Below, in pieces: positions 18,090 through 26,660 of a stretch of 64,000 nt of DNA. Below the pieces are notes generated by a model that had not been told where the DNA came from, did no database searches, and worked only from the letters and a program-made list of their open reading frames with translations. The position numbers and the translations under genes were made by a program. This DNA is from Thermoplasmata archaeon (GTDB lineage: Archaea > Thermoplasmatota > Thermoplasmata > Lutacidiplasmatales > UBA184), in the NCBI GenBank assembly GCA_028864975.1, contig JAGWLG010000001.1, forward strand, positions 64,001 through 128,000. The letters run 5' to 3'. The first letter of the stretch is position 1; every line of letters starts with the position of its first letter.

Positions 18090-18464
18090 GTGAGCGGTCC
18101 CTGTCGTCGGCACGTGCCGGATACCTCCACGGATCACCTGGCCAATGAGCGGACGTTCCTCGCTTGGATCCGCACCTCGATCACCATCATTGGGCTCGGC
18201 TTCGTGGTGGCGCGGTTCGGCCTCTTCCTCCGTGCGCTCAGGACCGGAAGTGCTGGAACGGCGTCACCTGTGAGCGAGTGGGTGGGGGTCGCGCTGGTCC
18301 TTTCGGGGAGCCTGCTGATGGCGGTGGCATGGTACCGCTTTCGTGTCGTACGCGAGGACCTGGTTCGGGGGTCCTACACCCCACGAGGGGGGTTGGAGCT
18401 CATCCTGACCGTCGTGCTGGTCTCGGTGGGCATCGCCCTCGCGATCTATCTCCTGGTGAGCTGA
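18090..18464 (+). CDS. DUF202/YidH family small membrane protein
   Basis: DHLANERTFLAWIRT signature; 3 TM helices. Confidence 0.9.
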   Translation: MSGPCRRHVPDTSTDHLANERTFLAWIRTSITIIGLGFVVARFGLFLRALRTGSAGTASPVSEWVGVALVLSGSLLMAVAWYRFRVVREDLVRGSYTPRGGLELILTVVLVSVGIALAIYLLVS

Positions 18465-18619
18465 ACCATCCCGCAAACACCCGTGCTTGGGCCTTCCTGA
18501 CCCCCAGGGTGTGAGCAGGGGGAGCCTTCCAGCTCGACCAGTCCTCCCCCCCACCGCGCGACTTCGAGTGGAGGTCATCCTTTAAGGAGGGGTTCCCCGC
18601 CTGAGGCTCTATCGCACAA

Positions 18620-20206
18620 GTGACGGCGAACGACCCTCTCCAAAACGACGCGGCCTGGGTGAGGTGCCCGTTCTGTCACGCTTCGCTCTCCGGAACCCCC
18701 CTCCATCAGCACATGGCGAGGAGCCACGCGGCCATGGCCCGCCCTTCTGCACCCCCTCCACCCCCGGACCTCTCCCCGACCCCGGAACCTTCCCATAGGG
18801 CGGACCCCGGGATGATCGAGGACCCGACGTCGCCCCTCACTCCGGCGGAACTCGCGATCTTGGAAGATGGGACCCGAGAACTGGCCTTGGCGAGGAGCTC
18901 GGCCCTCGCGCCGGTCGAGACTCCCGTGCCCCCCGCTGCCGCGGCGACCCCCGACCCCCTCCCGCTCCCGACGGGAGAGAGCCCTCTCCCCCAAGTGGGG
19001 GGGGAGCTCACCACCCTCCGCCACAGCTGGCAAGAGCTGGGAGAGCGGATGGCCCTCCTCCAGTCACGGCTCGCCTCCCGCGAGGCGGCGGCGCGGAGGG
19101 AGCTCACCCGGCTCGAAGAAGAACGGTCCCAGACGGAATCGCGGGTACGTGGTCTCGAAGAGGACCTTGAGCAGGAGCGGTCCTCCCGACAGCGGTCGGA
19201 AGAGTCGCTGCGGCAGGTGCAGGAAGGCCTCCGGGCCCGGGAACAAGAGCTCCAGACCGAGCGCTCCTCGCGCGAGCAGGTGGAGGGCCTGCTCGAACAT
19301 GCCCGAGCGGACGGGGCCGAGAGCGCCCGGCGCATCCAACAGGTCTCGGGGGAGCTCGCCTCCGTGGTCGAGGAGCGCGGGCGGCTCCAGCAGGCCCAGG
19401 CGGTGCTCGGACAGCGGCGTGGAGCTGAGGAGCGGCAGCTGCTCAAGGCCGCCAAGATGCTTCGAGAGGCCCACTCCGAGCTGCAGCAGCGCGATGAGAA
19501 CCTGAGGGTCCTTGAAGCGAAGCTCGAAGGAACGGAACACGAGCTTGGAGCGGCTCGCGCGAGGGCCGAGACCGGCGAGATGGAGTCTTCCAGGAGGATC
19601 GCGGAGGTGAGCTCTCAGCTCAGATCCGAGCGTGACCAACGCGCAGACATCGAGCATCGGCTCGCGGAGTCGAGCGCCAGGGTCGCGGCGTTGGAAAAGG
19701 AGGTCGCGGCGCTACGCTCGGCTCCGCCGCCCGGACCGGAGAAGACCGTCCGAGCCCTTCCACCCTCCGCAGGCCCCGTGCCTTGCGTTCCGGTGGGATT
19801 CCTCGGGCCTCGGAGCCCCTCGGTCGTGAAGGAGGCCTACTTCGCGCTCGGAAAGGGGGAGGCGCTCGAGCGGCTCCTCGAGACGACGCTACGTCGTTGG
19901 GGGTCGCTCCCCTATCCCATGGTCCCGACCGGCGGGCCGAACGAGCCGTTCTCGATAGTTCTCCGAGGCGACCCGCAGGGTCGATCGATCCGGGTCCTCC
20001 ACTCCGGGGCCTTCCTTCTGCGGCTCGGAGAGCAGGAGCTCTCCGAGGTCGGGGAGCTTCCGACACTGGTGCGAAGGCGGTCCACAGGGTCCCCCGTCCG
20101 TGCGACCTCACTCGCCTCCCGTTCCTGGCGCTCCTCTCCGGAAGCGCGCTCTGCTCCACCGAAGAAGGCCCCCGAAGGCGGGGCGGCGGCGCTAGTTCGC
20201 CCTTAA
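18620..20206 (+). CDS. C2H2-type Zn finger + long coiled-coil protein
   Basis: CPFC..HQHMARSH, Pro-rich linker, about 240 aa of E/R/L/Q heptads, globular C-terminus. Confidence 0.7.
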   Translation: MTANDPLQNDAAWVRCPFCHASLSGTPLHQHMARSHAAMARPSAPPPPPDLSPTPEPSHRADPGMIEDPTSPLTPAELAILEDGTRELALARSSALAPVETPVPPAAAATPDPLPLPTGESPLPQVGGELTTLRHSWQELGERMALLQSRLASREAAARRELTRLEEERSQTESRVRGLEEDLEQERSSRQRSEESLRQVQEGLRAREQELQTERSSREQVEGLLEHARADGAESARRIQQVSGELASVVEERGRLQQAQAVLGQRRGAEERQLLKAAKMLREAHSELQQRDENLRVLEAKLEGTEHELGAARARAETGEMESSRRIAEVSSQLRSERDQRADIEHRLAESSARVAALEKEVAALRSAPPPGPEKTVRALPPSAGPVPCVPVGFLGPRSPSVVKEAYFALGKGEALERLLETTLRRWGSLPYPMVPTGGPNEPFSIVLRGDPQGRSIRVLHSGAFLLRLGEQELSEVGELPTLVRRRSTGSPVRATSLASRSWRSSPEARSAPPKKAPEGGAAALVRP

Positions 20207-20228
20207 GGCCCCGCGGGTTCCCCCCGCC

Positions 20229-21155
20229 GTGCCCCCTTCCGAGTTCTCCTCCCTCGATCCCAAGATGCTGGCCGAAGCCGAGGAAGGGGTCGCGGGAGCC
20301 GGGCCCTTCCGTCCGGACCTGTTCAAGGACAAGGTCGTACTCATCACGGGAGGCGCGACAGGCCTCGGGCGAAGCCTAGCGATACGGCTTGCCCACCTTG
20401 GCGCGAAGATCGTAGTGGGCTCGAGGAACGAGGAGAACCTTCGGAAGCTCTGCGACGAGATCCGAGGGGCCGGGAGCGAGGCCACCTACAAGGTCACCAA
20501 CGTGCGCGACGCCGCCCAGTCGGCCTCGCTCGTCCAGGAGGCCTGGGACCGCTTCCGCAGCTTGGACGGGGTCGTCAACGATGCCGCGGGGAACTTCCTT
20601 GCCCGCACGGAGGACGTCTCCCCGAAGGGGTTCAACGCGGTCGTGGAGACCGTCCTCCACGGGACATTCTACGTTACGCAGGCCGCGGGGCAGAGGTGGA
20701 TCCGCGAGCACCGCGGGGGGGTGGTCCTCAACGTCGTCACCACCTACGCGTGGACGGGCTCGGCGTTCCTCATCCCTTCTGCGGCCGCCAAGGCCGGGGT
20801 CCTCGCCATGACCCGTTCCCTTGCTGTGGAGTGGGCGCGTCATGGGATCCGATTGAACGCGATCGCGCCGGGCCCGATCCCGACCGCGGGCGCATGGGGC
20901 CATCTCGTGCCCGGGGCCAACCTCGAGGAGATGGTGAAGGAGCACCTTCCCGTGGGACGGTTCGGCAGACACTCGGACTTCTGCGACCTCTCCACCTTCC
21001 TGCTGAGCGACGCCGCGTCGTTCATCACGGGCGAGTGCGTGGTCTCGGACGGTGGTGAGTGGCTCGTGGGGAACTCCTTCCAGATGCTCCGACAGCTTCC
21101 TCCCGAGTTCTGGGAGGAGATGGCCGGTGCTCGCCAGCGCGCGAAGACCCCGTGA
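20229..21155 (+). CDS. SDR oxidoreductase, 2,4-dienoyl-CoA reductase-like
   Basis: TGGATGLG, VNDAAGNF, SAAAKAGV (Tyr-less DECR type), NAIAPGPI, FITGE. Confidence 0.9.
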   Translation: MPPSEFSSLDPKMLAEAEEGVAGAGPFRPDLFKDKVVLITGGATGLGRSLAIRLAHLGAKIVVGSRNEENLRKLCDEIRGAGSEATYKVTNVRDAAQSASLVQEAWDRFRSLDGVVNDAAGNFLARTEDVSPKGFNAVVETVLHGTFYVTQAAGQRWIREHRGGVVLNVVTTYAWTGSAFLIPSAAAKAGVLAMTRSLAVEWARHGIRLNAIAPGPIPTAGAWGHLVPGANLEEMVKEHLPVGRFGRHSDFCDLSTFLLSDAASFITGECVVSDGGEWLVGNSFQMLRQLPPEFWEEMAGARQRAKTP

Positions 21156-21185
21156 GCGCGACCAGCGATGGGAGGACCGCCCCGG

Positions 21186-21356
21186 TCAGAGCCTGACCGT
21201 CGCACTGTTCGTCCCGGAGACCGTCACGGTCGCTTGAACGCGGCTCACCCCGGTCCCCGCGGCGATGACGAGCGGGTCGCCCGCGGCGATCGTGACCGGT
21301 AGCGTGGCGTTCAGGGCGGACCATCCGGCCGAGGTGAAGTAGGCGCCCTCCCCCTC
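21186..21356 (-). pseudogene. Start-less 56-codon fragment resembling the C-terminus of an archaeal pilin/surface protein
   Basis: Hand translation EGEGAYFTSAGWSALNATLPVTIAAGDPLVIAAGTGVSRVQATVTVSGTNSATVRL*, preceded directly by an in-frame TGA (21357-21359). Confidence 0.4.
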
Positions 21357-21410
21357 TCAAGTCTTCCGAGGGCCGCGATGGAAGTCGAATGGGCGGCTGA
21401 GCCCCGTAGA

Positions 21411-22484
21411 TTACAGAAGCTGGCCCAGGCTCGGTCGGTCCAGCTCGTCCATGTCCACGGCCCGGATCCCCAGCTCGACGGTCTCCGCGCTCATCGGGCT
21501 GGAAACCAGCCCCCGCAGCATCGCTCGAAGGTTGGCCCTTGCCAGAAGCTGAGCTCCCAGCTCGCGCAGTCTCTGTTCGACTACCTCCTGGAAACCTTCG
21601 CCTTTGAGCTGCTTCCAGGTCCACAGCGCTGAGGAGAGGAAATGGTCCCGTCTCACGACGTAGGCAAGATACCCTTCCAGGAGCTCGATCGCGCTCCCCT
21701 CCATCGAGGGAGGGTGGTCCAGCACCGAGAATACTCCCAAGGACCGCCCGCCCCCTCCTCCCTCCTGGAGCTCCAAGGCCTCGCAACCGGATCCTTGGGA
21801 ACGCACGGCCACGATTCCGACGCCGCGCTCTTGGTACATCGGAAGGAGCTCCAGCGGGTCCTGGGCGTCGGGGAGTGGGGCAGGCGGGAAGTCGTCGTCC
21901 GAGGGTCTCGGAGGGTGTCGGACGATCCGCGCGATGAGGTCGGCCGGGTCGGAGAGCCTCGAGGAACGAAGGGCCCGGCGCATGCTGCGACCCCACGCGT
22001 CGGCCGTCGTACCGGACCGGGGTGCCACATCCGGGGAGCGCAATTCTCCGCGCACCGCCTCGAGCTCCTCCTCCAAACCGACGGGCGACTCCTCGGGGCC
22101 GTCGTCAGTCCTCCACTCCTCCAGTCGACCGAGGTCGACCCCCGGGCAGGAGAGGACGACGCTGGCCTGTGCGCGATGGTTGAGGGCGACGTGCAGAGGG
22201 AATGCGCGGCAGGGGAACGGACGGGCCGGATGGCAACGGCACCTCGCCTCGCTCAAGAAATAGCAGGCACCTCCCCCCTCCCGCGACGCGATGTGGGAGG
22301 TCGCGTCCCCCCCTTTCACGACCGAGACTGGGGCTTCAGGGTCGATCTGCAGGAGGCGCTGCCGCTCCCCGGGAGCGACCGCAGGTGAGGTGAAGCAGCA
22401 GAGGCCACACTCCGGTTGGCAGCGGAAGGCGAAGCCTCGGAGCAGCGAGAGGTCCAGTGTCGGTGGGGCAGGGTCCCGGTGCAT
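21411..22484 (-). CDS. YkgJ/UPF0153 Cys-cluster (Zn/Fe-chelating) protein
   Basis: FRCQPECGLCC, CYFL..CRCHPARPFPCRAFP. Confidence 0.85.
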   Translation of the reverse strand: MHRDPAPPTLDLSLLRGFAFRCQPECGLCCFTSPAVAPGERQRLLQIDPEAPVSVVKGGDATSHIASREGGGACYFLSEARCRCHPARPFPCRAFPLHVALNHRAQASVVLSCPGVDLGRLEEWRTDDGPEESPVGLEEELEAVRGELRSPDVAPRSGTTADAWGRSMRRALRSSRLSDPADLIARIVRHPPRPSDDDFPPAPLPDAQDPLELLPMYQERGVGIVAVRSQGSGCEALELQEGGGGGRSLGVFSVLDHPPSMEGSAIELLEGYLAYVVRRDHFLSSALWTWKQLKGEGFQEVVEQRLRELGAQLLARANLRAMLRGLVSSPMSAETVELGIRAVDMDELDRPSLGQLL

Positions 22485-22509
22485 GATGCAGGGCTCCCGG
22501 GAGACGAGG

Positions 22510-23337
22510 TCAAGCCACGGTGTAGATGTGGCTCACATCGTCCGGCCGGAAGAGGACCTCGTCCATGTCGCGGTCGCGCAGCAGCGTGCCGGATAGGCGG
22601 TGCTCCCGCCCGCTCGAAGCCTCGTAGAGGACCTCGAGCTTGATCGTTCCCTCCATGCCGTGCCCATGAAGCGCCCCTCCGATCTGGACCGAACGGTCAG
22701 CCGCGATGTACGCCACGCGGTCCACCGGCTTGCCGTCCACAAGGATGCGGACATCGACCGCGAGGCCGGGACCGAAGTTGTGGATGTAGAGCTCCCGAAG
22801 CCCTGTCACGGTCTGCTTCTCCTGGCTCCCGGTCACCACCCGATGCTGCTTGACCCCCATCAGCCAAAGGTGGGGCGTCATGGACCCTTCGTCCGTCCGC
22901 TCGATCTGTCGCAAGTTCCGCCAGGTCTCGAACGCTGCGGCGGCCGTGGCGATCGCGGCGATGACGACCGGGAAGTCGTAGAGGAAGGTGTCCTGGGTAA
23001 GGCGGCCCAAGAGCAGGAGCGTGAGGTAGATCACGAACATGACGAAGAAGAGCACGACCAGGCCGATCTCTCCGGGGCAGAGCCCGATCCGGGGGTTCGT
23101 GGTCGCGAGCCAATCGATGACGGTCGCGCGGGTCTCGCCGAGGCCGGTAGCGGGCTTCACTGCCCCCGGGACATCGGACGGACGCCCGGGAGGGGGCGGA
23201 AGGGGAGGGGCACCCGACGCCGCCGGTGGAGGAGGGGGGAGGAGCGGAGCGGCCGCCACGTTCGAGGGATGGGGGAGACGCGCCTCTTGAAACTTGTCCC
23301 TGCCCGGGGCCGACGCGAGATCTCGGACCAAAGACAA
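22510..23337 (-). CDS. Hypothetical membrane protein (Pro-rich N-terminus, 2 TM, C-terminal beta-sandwich); start uncertain
   Basis: TM IGLVVLFFVMFVIYLTLLLLG; IHNFGPGLAVDVRI beta motif. Confidence 0.6.
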   Translation of the reverse strand: MSLVRDLASAPGRDKFQEARLPHPSNVAAAPLLPPPPPAASGAPPLPPPPGRPSDVPGAVKPATGLGETRATVIDWLATTNPRIGLCPGEIGLVVLFFVMFVIYLTLLLLGRLTQDTFLYDFPVVIAAIATAAAAFETWRNLRQIERTDEGSMTPHLWLMGVKQHRVVTGSQEKQTVTGLRELYIHNFGPGLAVDVRILVDGKPVDRVAYIAADRSVQIGGALHGHGMEGTIKLEVLYEASSGREHRLSGTLLRDRDMDEVLFRPDDVSHIYTVA

Positions 23338-23366
23338 TAAGTGCCACGAGCCTCCCGCTGCTTCGG

Positions 23367-24314
23367 ATGTCCCTTCAGGGCCGCGATGTGATCTCTATCC
23401 GGGACCTCTCCCGGACCGAGATCTTGGAGGTCCTCAACGCGGCCCGTCACCTGATCCCCGTCGCAGAAGGCAAGAAGCGCCTCACAACGCTCGAAGGGCG
23501 TCTCCTGGCGTTGGCCTTCTTCGAGCCTTCCACGCGGACCCGGCTCTCCTTTGAGGCCGCCATGCAACGGATGGGCGGGCAGACCATCACCATCGCCGAC
23601 CCCTCGGTAAGCTCGGTCTCGAAGGGGGAATCCCTCTCGGACACGATCCGGATGCTCTCCTGCTACGCGGACGCGGTCGTCCTTCGACACCCCTTCGAGG
23701 GGGCTTCTCGGCTCGCGGCGCAGCTCTCCGACAAGCCCGTCATCAACGCCGGGGACGGGGCCGGACAGCATCCGACCCAGACCCTCCTCGACCTCGCCAC
23801 GATGCTCGAGAGGTTCGACACCCTCTCGGGGCTCAAGGTCGTGCTCATGGGCGACCTCCGCTACGGCCGGACCGTCCACTCCCTCGCCCACGCGCTGGGG
23901 GTTTTCGGGGCCGAGCTCGTCCTCTCCTCCCCCGCCTCCTTACGGCTGCCCGAAGAGGTCCGTCGCGACCTTGACCAGATGGGGTCGAAGGTCCGGGAAG
24001 AGGAGCAGCTCGAACGCGCGATCAAGGACGCCGACGTGCTGTACGTCACCCGCATCCAGAAGGAGCGGTTCGGCGACCTTGCCGAGTACGCCCGGGTCTC
24101 GGGCTCCTATCGGTTCGACCCCGCGCTCCTCTCCAAGGTGAAGAGCACCTTCATCGTCATGCACCCGCTCCCTCGGGTCGCGGAGATCCCCCCCGAGGTG
24201 GACCGCACGCCCCACGCCGCCTACTTCCGCCAGGCCTTCCTCGCGGTCCCGGTCCGCATGGCCCTCCTTTCGTTGATCCTCGCCGGGAAGACCGGCGTTC
24301 GGGGAGGTGGCTGA
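23367..24314 (+). CDS. pyrB: Aspartate carbamoyltransferase catalytic subunit
   Basis: FFEPSTRTRLSF, KGESLSDT, HPTQTLLD, GDLRYGRTVHSL, YVTRIQKER, MHPLPR; ATG 23367. Confidence 0.97.
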   Translation: MSLQGRDVISIRDLSRTEILEVLNAARHLIPVAEGKKRLTTLEGRLLALAFFEPSTRTRLSFEAAMQRMGGQTITIADPSVSSVSKGESLSDTIRMLSCYADAVVLRHPFEGASRLAAQLSDKPVINAGDGAGQHPTQTLLDLATMLERFDTLSGLKVVLMGDLRYGRTVHSLAHALGVFGAELVLSSPASLRLPEEVRRDLDQMGSKVREEEQLERAIKDADVLYVTRIQKERFGDLAEYARVSGSYRFDPALLSKVKSTFIVMHPLPRVAEIPPEVDRTPHAAYFRQAFLAVPVRMALLSLILAGKTGVRGGG

Positions 24315-24807
24315 CCCCACCATGCCCGCAAACCTCCCGGCCCCGGGGAAGGAGCTCCGGATCACCCCGATCCGTAACGGTACGGTCGTCGACCACATTC
24401 CGAGCGGGCTCGCGCTCGAAGTGCTGAAGGTGCTCAAGGTGGAGAGCCTCGACCGGGATTCGACGGTCTCCGTCGCGCTCCATGTCCGCAGCCAACGAAT
24501 GGGATGGAAGGACATCGTGAAGGTCGAGAACATGGAGCTCTCGGCGCCGAAGTCTAACGCCATCGCACTCATCGCTCCAACAGCGACGATCTCGATCATC
24601 CGCGACTACAAGGTCCGGGAGAAGCACCCGGTCTCGCTCCCCGACCGGCTGGTGGGCGTCCTGACCTGTCCCAACCCCAACTGCATCACCAACCACGGTG
24701 AGCCGGTGGAGAGCGAGTTCGAGGTCGTGCGCCGCCGTCCGCTCGCCGTTCGTTGCGCCTACTGCGAACGGAGCATGGAGGAGTTCCTCCCCCACCTCGC
24801 CCGCTGA
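24307..24807 (+). CDS. pyrI: Aspartate carbamoyltransferase regulatory subunit
   Basis: IRNGTVVDHI, KDIVKVEN, CPNPNCIT, CAYCE. Confidence 0.96.
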   Translation: MADPTMPANLPAPGKELRITPIRNGTVVDHIPSGLALEVLKVLKVESLDRDSTVSVALHVRSQRMGWKDIVKVENMELSAPKSNAIALIAPTATISIIRDYKVREKHPVSLPDRLVGVLTCPNPNCITNHGEPVESEFEVVRRRPLAVRCAYCERSMEEFLPHLAR

Positions 24808-24812
24808 GGAGC

Positions 24813-25457
24813 GTGGGCCCTGTGGCGGGTGGCTTGGTCGTCGACTTCGCCACCGTCTTTGGGCTCATCTTCATTTTCGAGGTCTTCGACCGGACGAACT
24901 TCGCCGTCATCGGACTTTCGGGGAAGCACCGGCACACCATCGTCTGGGCCGGGGCGGCCGTGGCTTTCGTGGTCTCCACGGCCATCTCCGTGGCGATCGG
25001 GGAGGTCATCGTCTCCGCACTTCCCGCCTATCTTCCCTACGTGAAGATCCTGGGGGGGGCGATTCTCGTGGCGTTCGGGGTACGGGGTTTGCTGGGCCAC
25101 GAGGAAGAGAAGGGGACGGAGGCCGAGGAGAGGATCGAACGGGAGCTCGGGCCCCGAAAGGTCTGGCTCACCTCCTTCAGCGTGATCCTGTTCTTGGAAA
25201 TGGGGGACAACACCCAGATCCTGACGATCGTGCTCATCGGACAGATCCGGGATGCCCTTCTGGTGTTCGTGGCCGCTTCCCTTGCCCTGGTCTCGGTGGC
25301 CACGGTCGGGGCGACCAGCGGGAACTTCCTGAAGACGAGGGTCCCAGCGGAAAGGCTCGAGCGGGTCCTCTCGCTCATCTTGATCCTGGTAGGGGCAGCG
25401 ACGCTCACCTTGGGAGTGCTCGAGCTGGCCAAGGTCGCGTTACCCACCTGGCTCTGA
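24813..25457 (+). CDS. TMEM165/GDT1 (UPF0016) family Ca2+/Mn2+ transporter-like protein
   Basis: Two repeats of the E-x-G-D-x-T-like motif: EVFDRT and EMGDNT; GTG start 24813 or 24822. Confidence 0.8.
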   Translation: MGPVAGGLVVDFATVFGLIFIFEVFDRTNFAVIGLSGKHRHTIVWAGAAVAFVVSTAISVAIGEVIVSALPAYLPYVKILGGAILVAFGVRGLLGHEEEKGTEAEERIERELGPRKVWLTSFSVILFLEMGDNTQILTIVLIGQIRDALLVFVAASLALVSVATVGATSGNFLKTRVPAERLERVLSLILILVGAATLTLGVLELAKVALPTWL

Positions 25458-25597
25458 TCGAGCCCGGGGTGCCGTTCCCATCTGCCTGGCCCTCGTGCTT
25501 CCGTGGAACGGAAGCGAGGGGGGATCCGCATGGTCCGAGCGACTCGAGCGACCGAAAGCGGAATAATCCCCTCCCCGTCGGCTCGCCGGTGCCCCGA

Positions 25598-26644
25598 ATG
25601 GACCTGAAGGCCCGAAAGAGGATCCTCTCCACGCCGGTCATTCCCGTCGATGTCCGGTCCATCCATGGGGTCGGCGACTTGCTCGAATCGTTCCAGCGGA
25701 CCTCGGTCCAGGCGCGGAACCTGGGGCGCTGCTTCCAGGTCTGGAAGAACATGCTCACCGACCCGAAACGGCCGACGATCCTCCTCGGGCTCTCCGGCCC
25801 TCTGATCGCCGCGGGCCTTCGCTCCGTAATCCGAGAGATGGTCGAGCTCGGAATGGTGGATGTCGTCGTCTCCACCGGCGCGGTCCTCTATCAGGACCTC
25901 TACCAATCCCTAGGGTACCACCACTACATGGGAACCCCTTCCGCGGACGACGGGAAGCTCCGCGCCTTCGCGATCGACCGCATCTACGACACCTACGTCG
26001 ACGAGCTCAAGTTCGAGGAGACCGACCGGACCATCGGTCGCATCACCGAGGAGTTCCCTCCGCGACCCGCCTCCTCTCGCGAGTTCCTGCAGTTCCTCGG
26101 GGAGCGCTTCCCCGCGAAGGACTCGATCCTGGCCACCTGCGCCCGGAAAGGGGTCCCGGTCTTCTCTCCGGCCCTCATCGACAGCTCGATCGGGATCGGG
26201 CTCACGCTGCATTACGCGGCGAACCGGAAGAAGCCGAACCGATTCGCGCTCGACGCGGTCCGCGACAACTTCGAATTGGTCCAGATCCTCAACAGCTCCC
26301 CCCGCACGGGCGTCATCTACATCGGAGGCGGGACGCCGAAGAACTGGATCAACGACGGCATCGTGATGGCCAACTACGCCTTCGAACGGCAGGGCGAGGG
26401 CCACTACTACGCGCTGCAGATTACCACGGACGTCCCCCACTGGGGCGGCTTGTCCGGGAGCACTCTTGACGAGGCCATGAGCTGGGGGAAGGTCTCCACG
26501 AAGGCGACCAAGGCGATGGCGTTCATCGAAGCGTCCGTCGCCCTTCCGCTCCTCGTTGGCGCGCTCTGGGACCGTCGGGCGGAGTGGCGGAAGCGCCGCC
26601 GTCCGAGCTTCACTTGGAACGGGGACGTCTGCGCGAGGGCCTAG
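25598..26644 (+). CDS. Deoxyhypusine synthase / homospermidine synthase-like protein
   Basis: GLSGPLIAAG, STGA, DRIYD, PALIDSSIG, GGGTPKN, GGLSGSTLDEAMSWGK (catalytic Lys), EASVALPL. Confidence 0.92.
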   Translation: MDLKARKRILSTPVIPVDVRSIHGVGDLLESFQRTSVQARNLGRCFQVWKNMLTDPKRPTILLGLSGPLIAAGLRSVIREMVELGMVDVVVSTGAVLYQDLYQSLGYHHYMGTPSADDGKLRAFAIDRIYDTYVDELKFEETDRTIGRITEEFPPRPASSREFLQFLGERFPAKDSILATCARKGVPVFSPALIDSSIGIGLTLHYAANRKKPNRFALDAVRDNFELVQILNSSPRTGVIYIGGGTPKNWINDGIVMANYAFERQGEGHYYALQITTDVPHWGGLSGSTLDEAMSWGKVSTKATKAMAFIEASVALPLLVGALWDRRAEWRKRRRPSFTWNGDVCARA

Positions 26645-26660
26645 GCTGCGCCCCCTTGCC

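Noticed and set aside
18238-18250. TCAGGACCGGAAG, resembling SRP RNA helix 8
   Set aside because: Lies inside the DUF202 coding sequence and lacks the rest of the SRP structure
24698-26644. Apparent 648-aa DHS fusion
   Set aside because: The first 300 aa overlap pyrI and the GDT1 gene in another frame; DHS homology starts at ATG 25598
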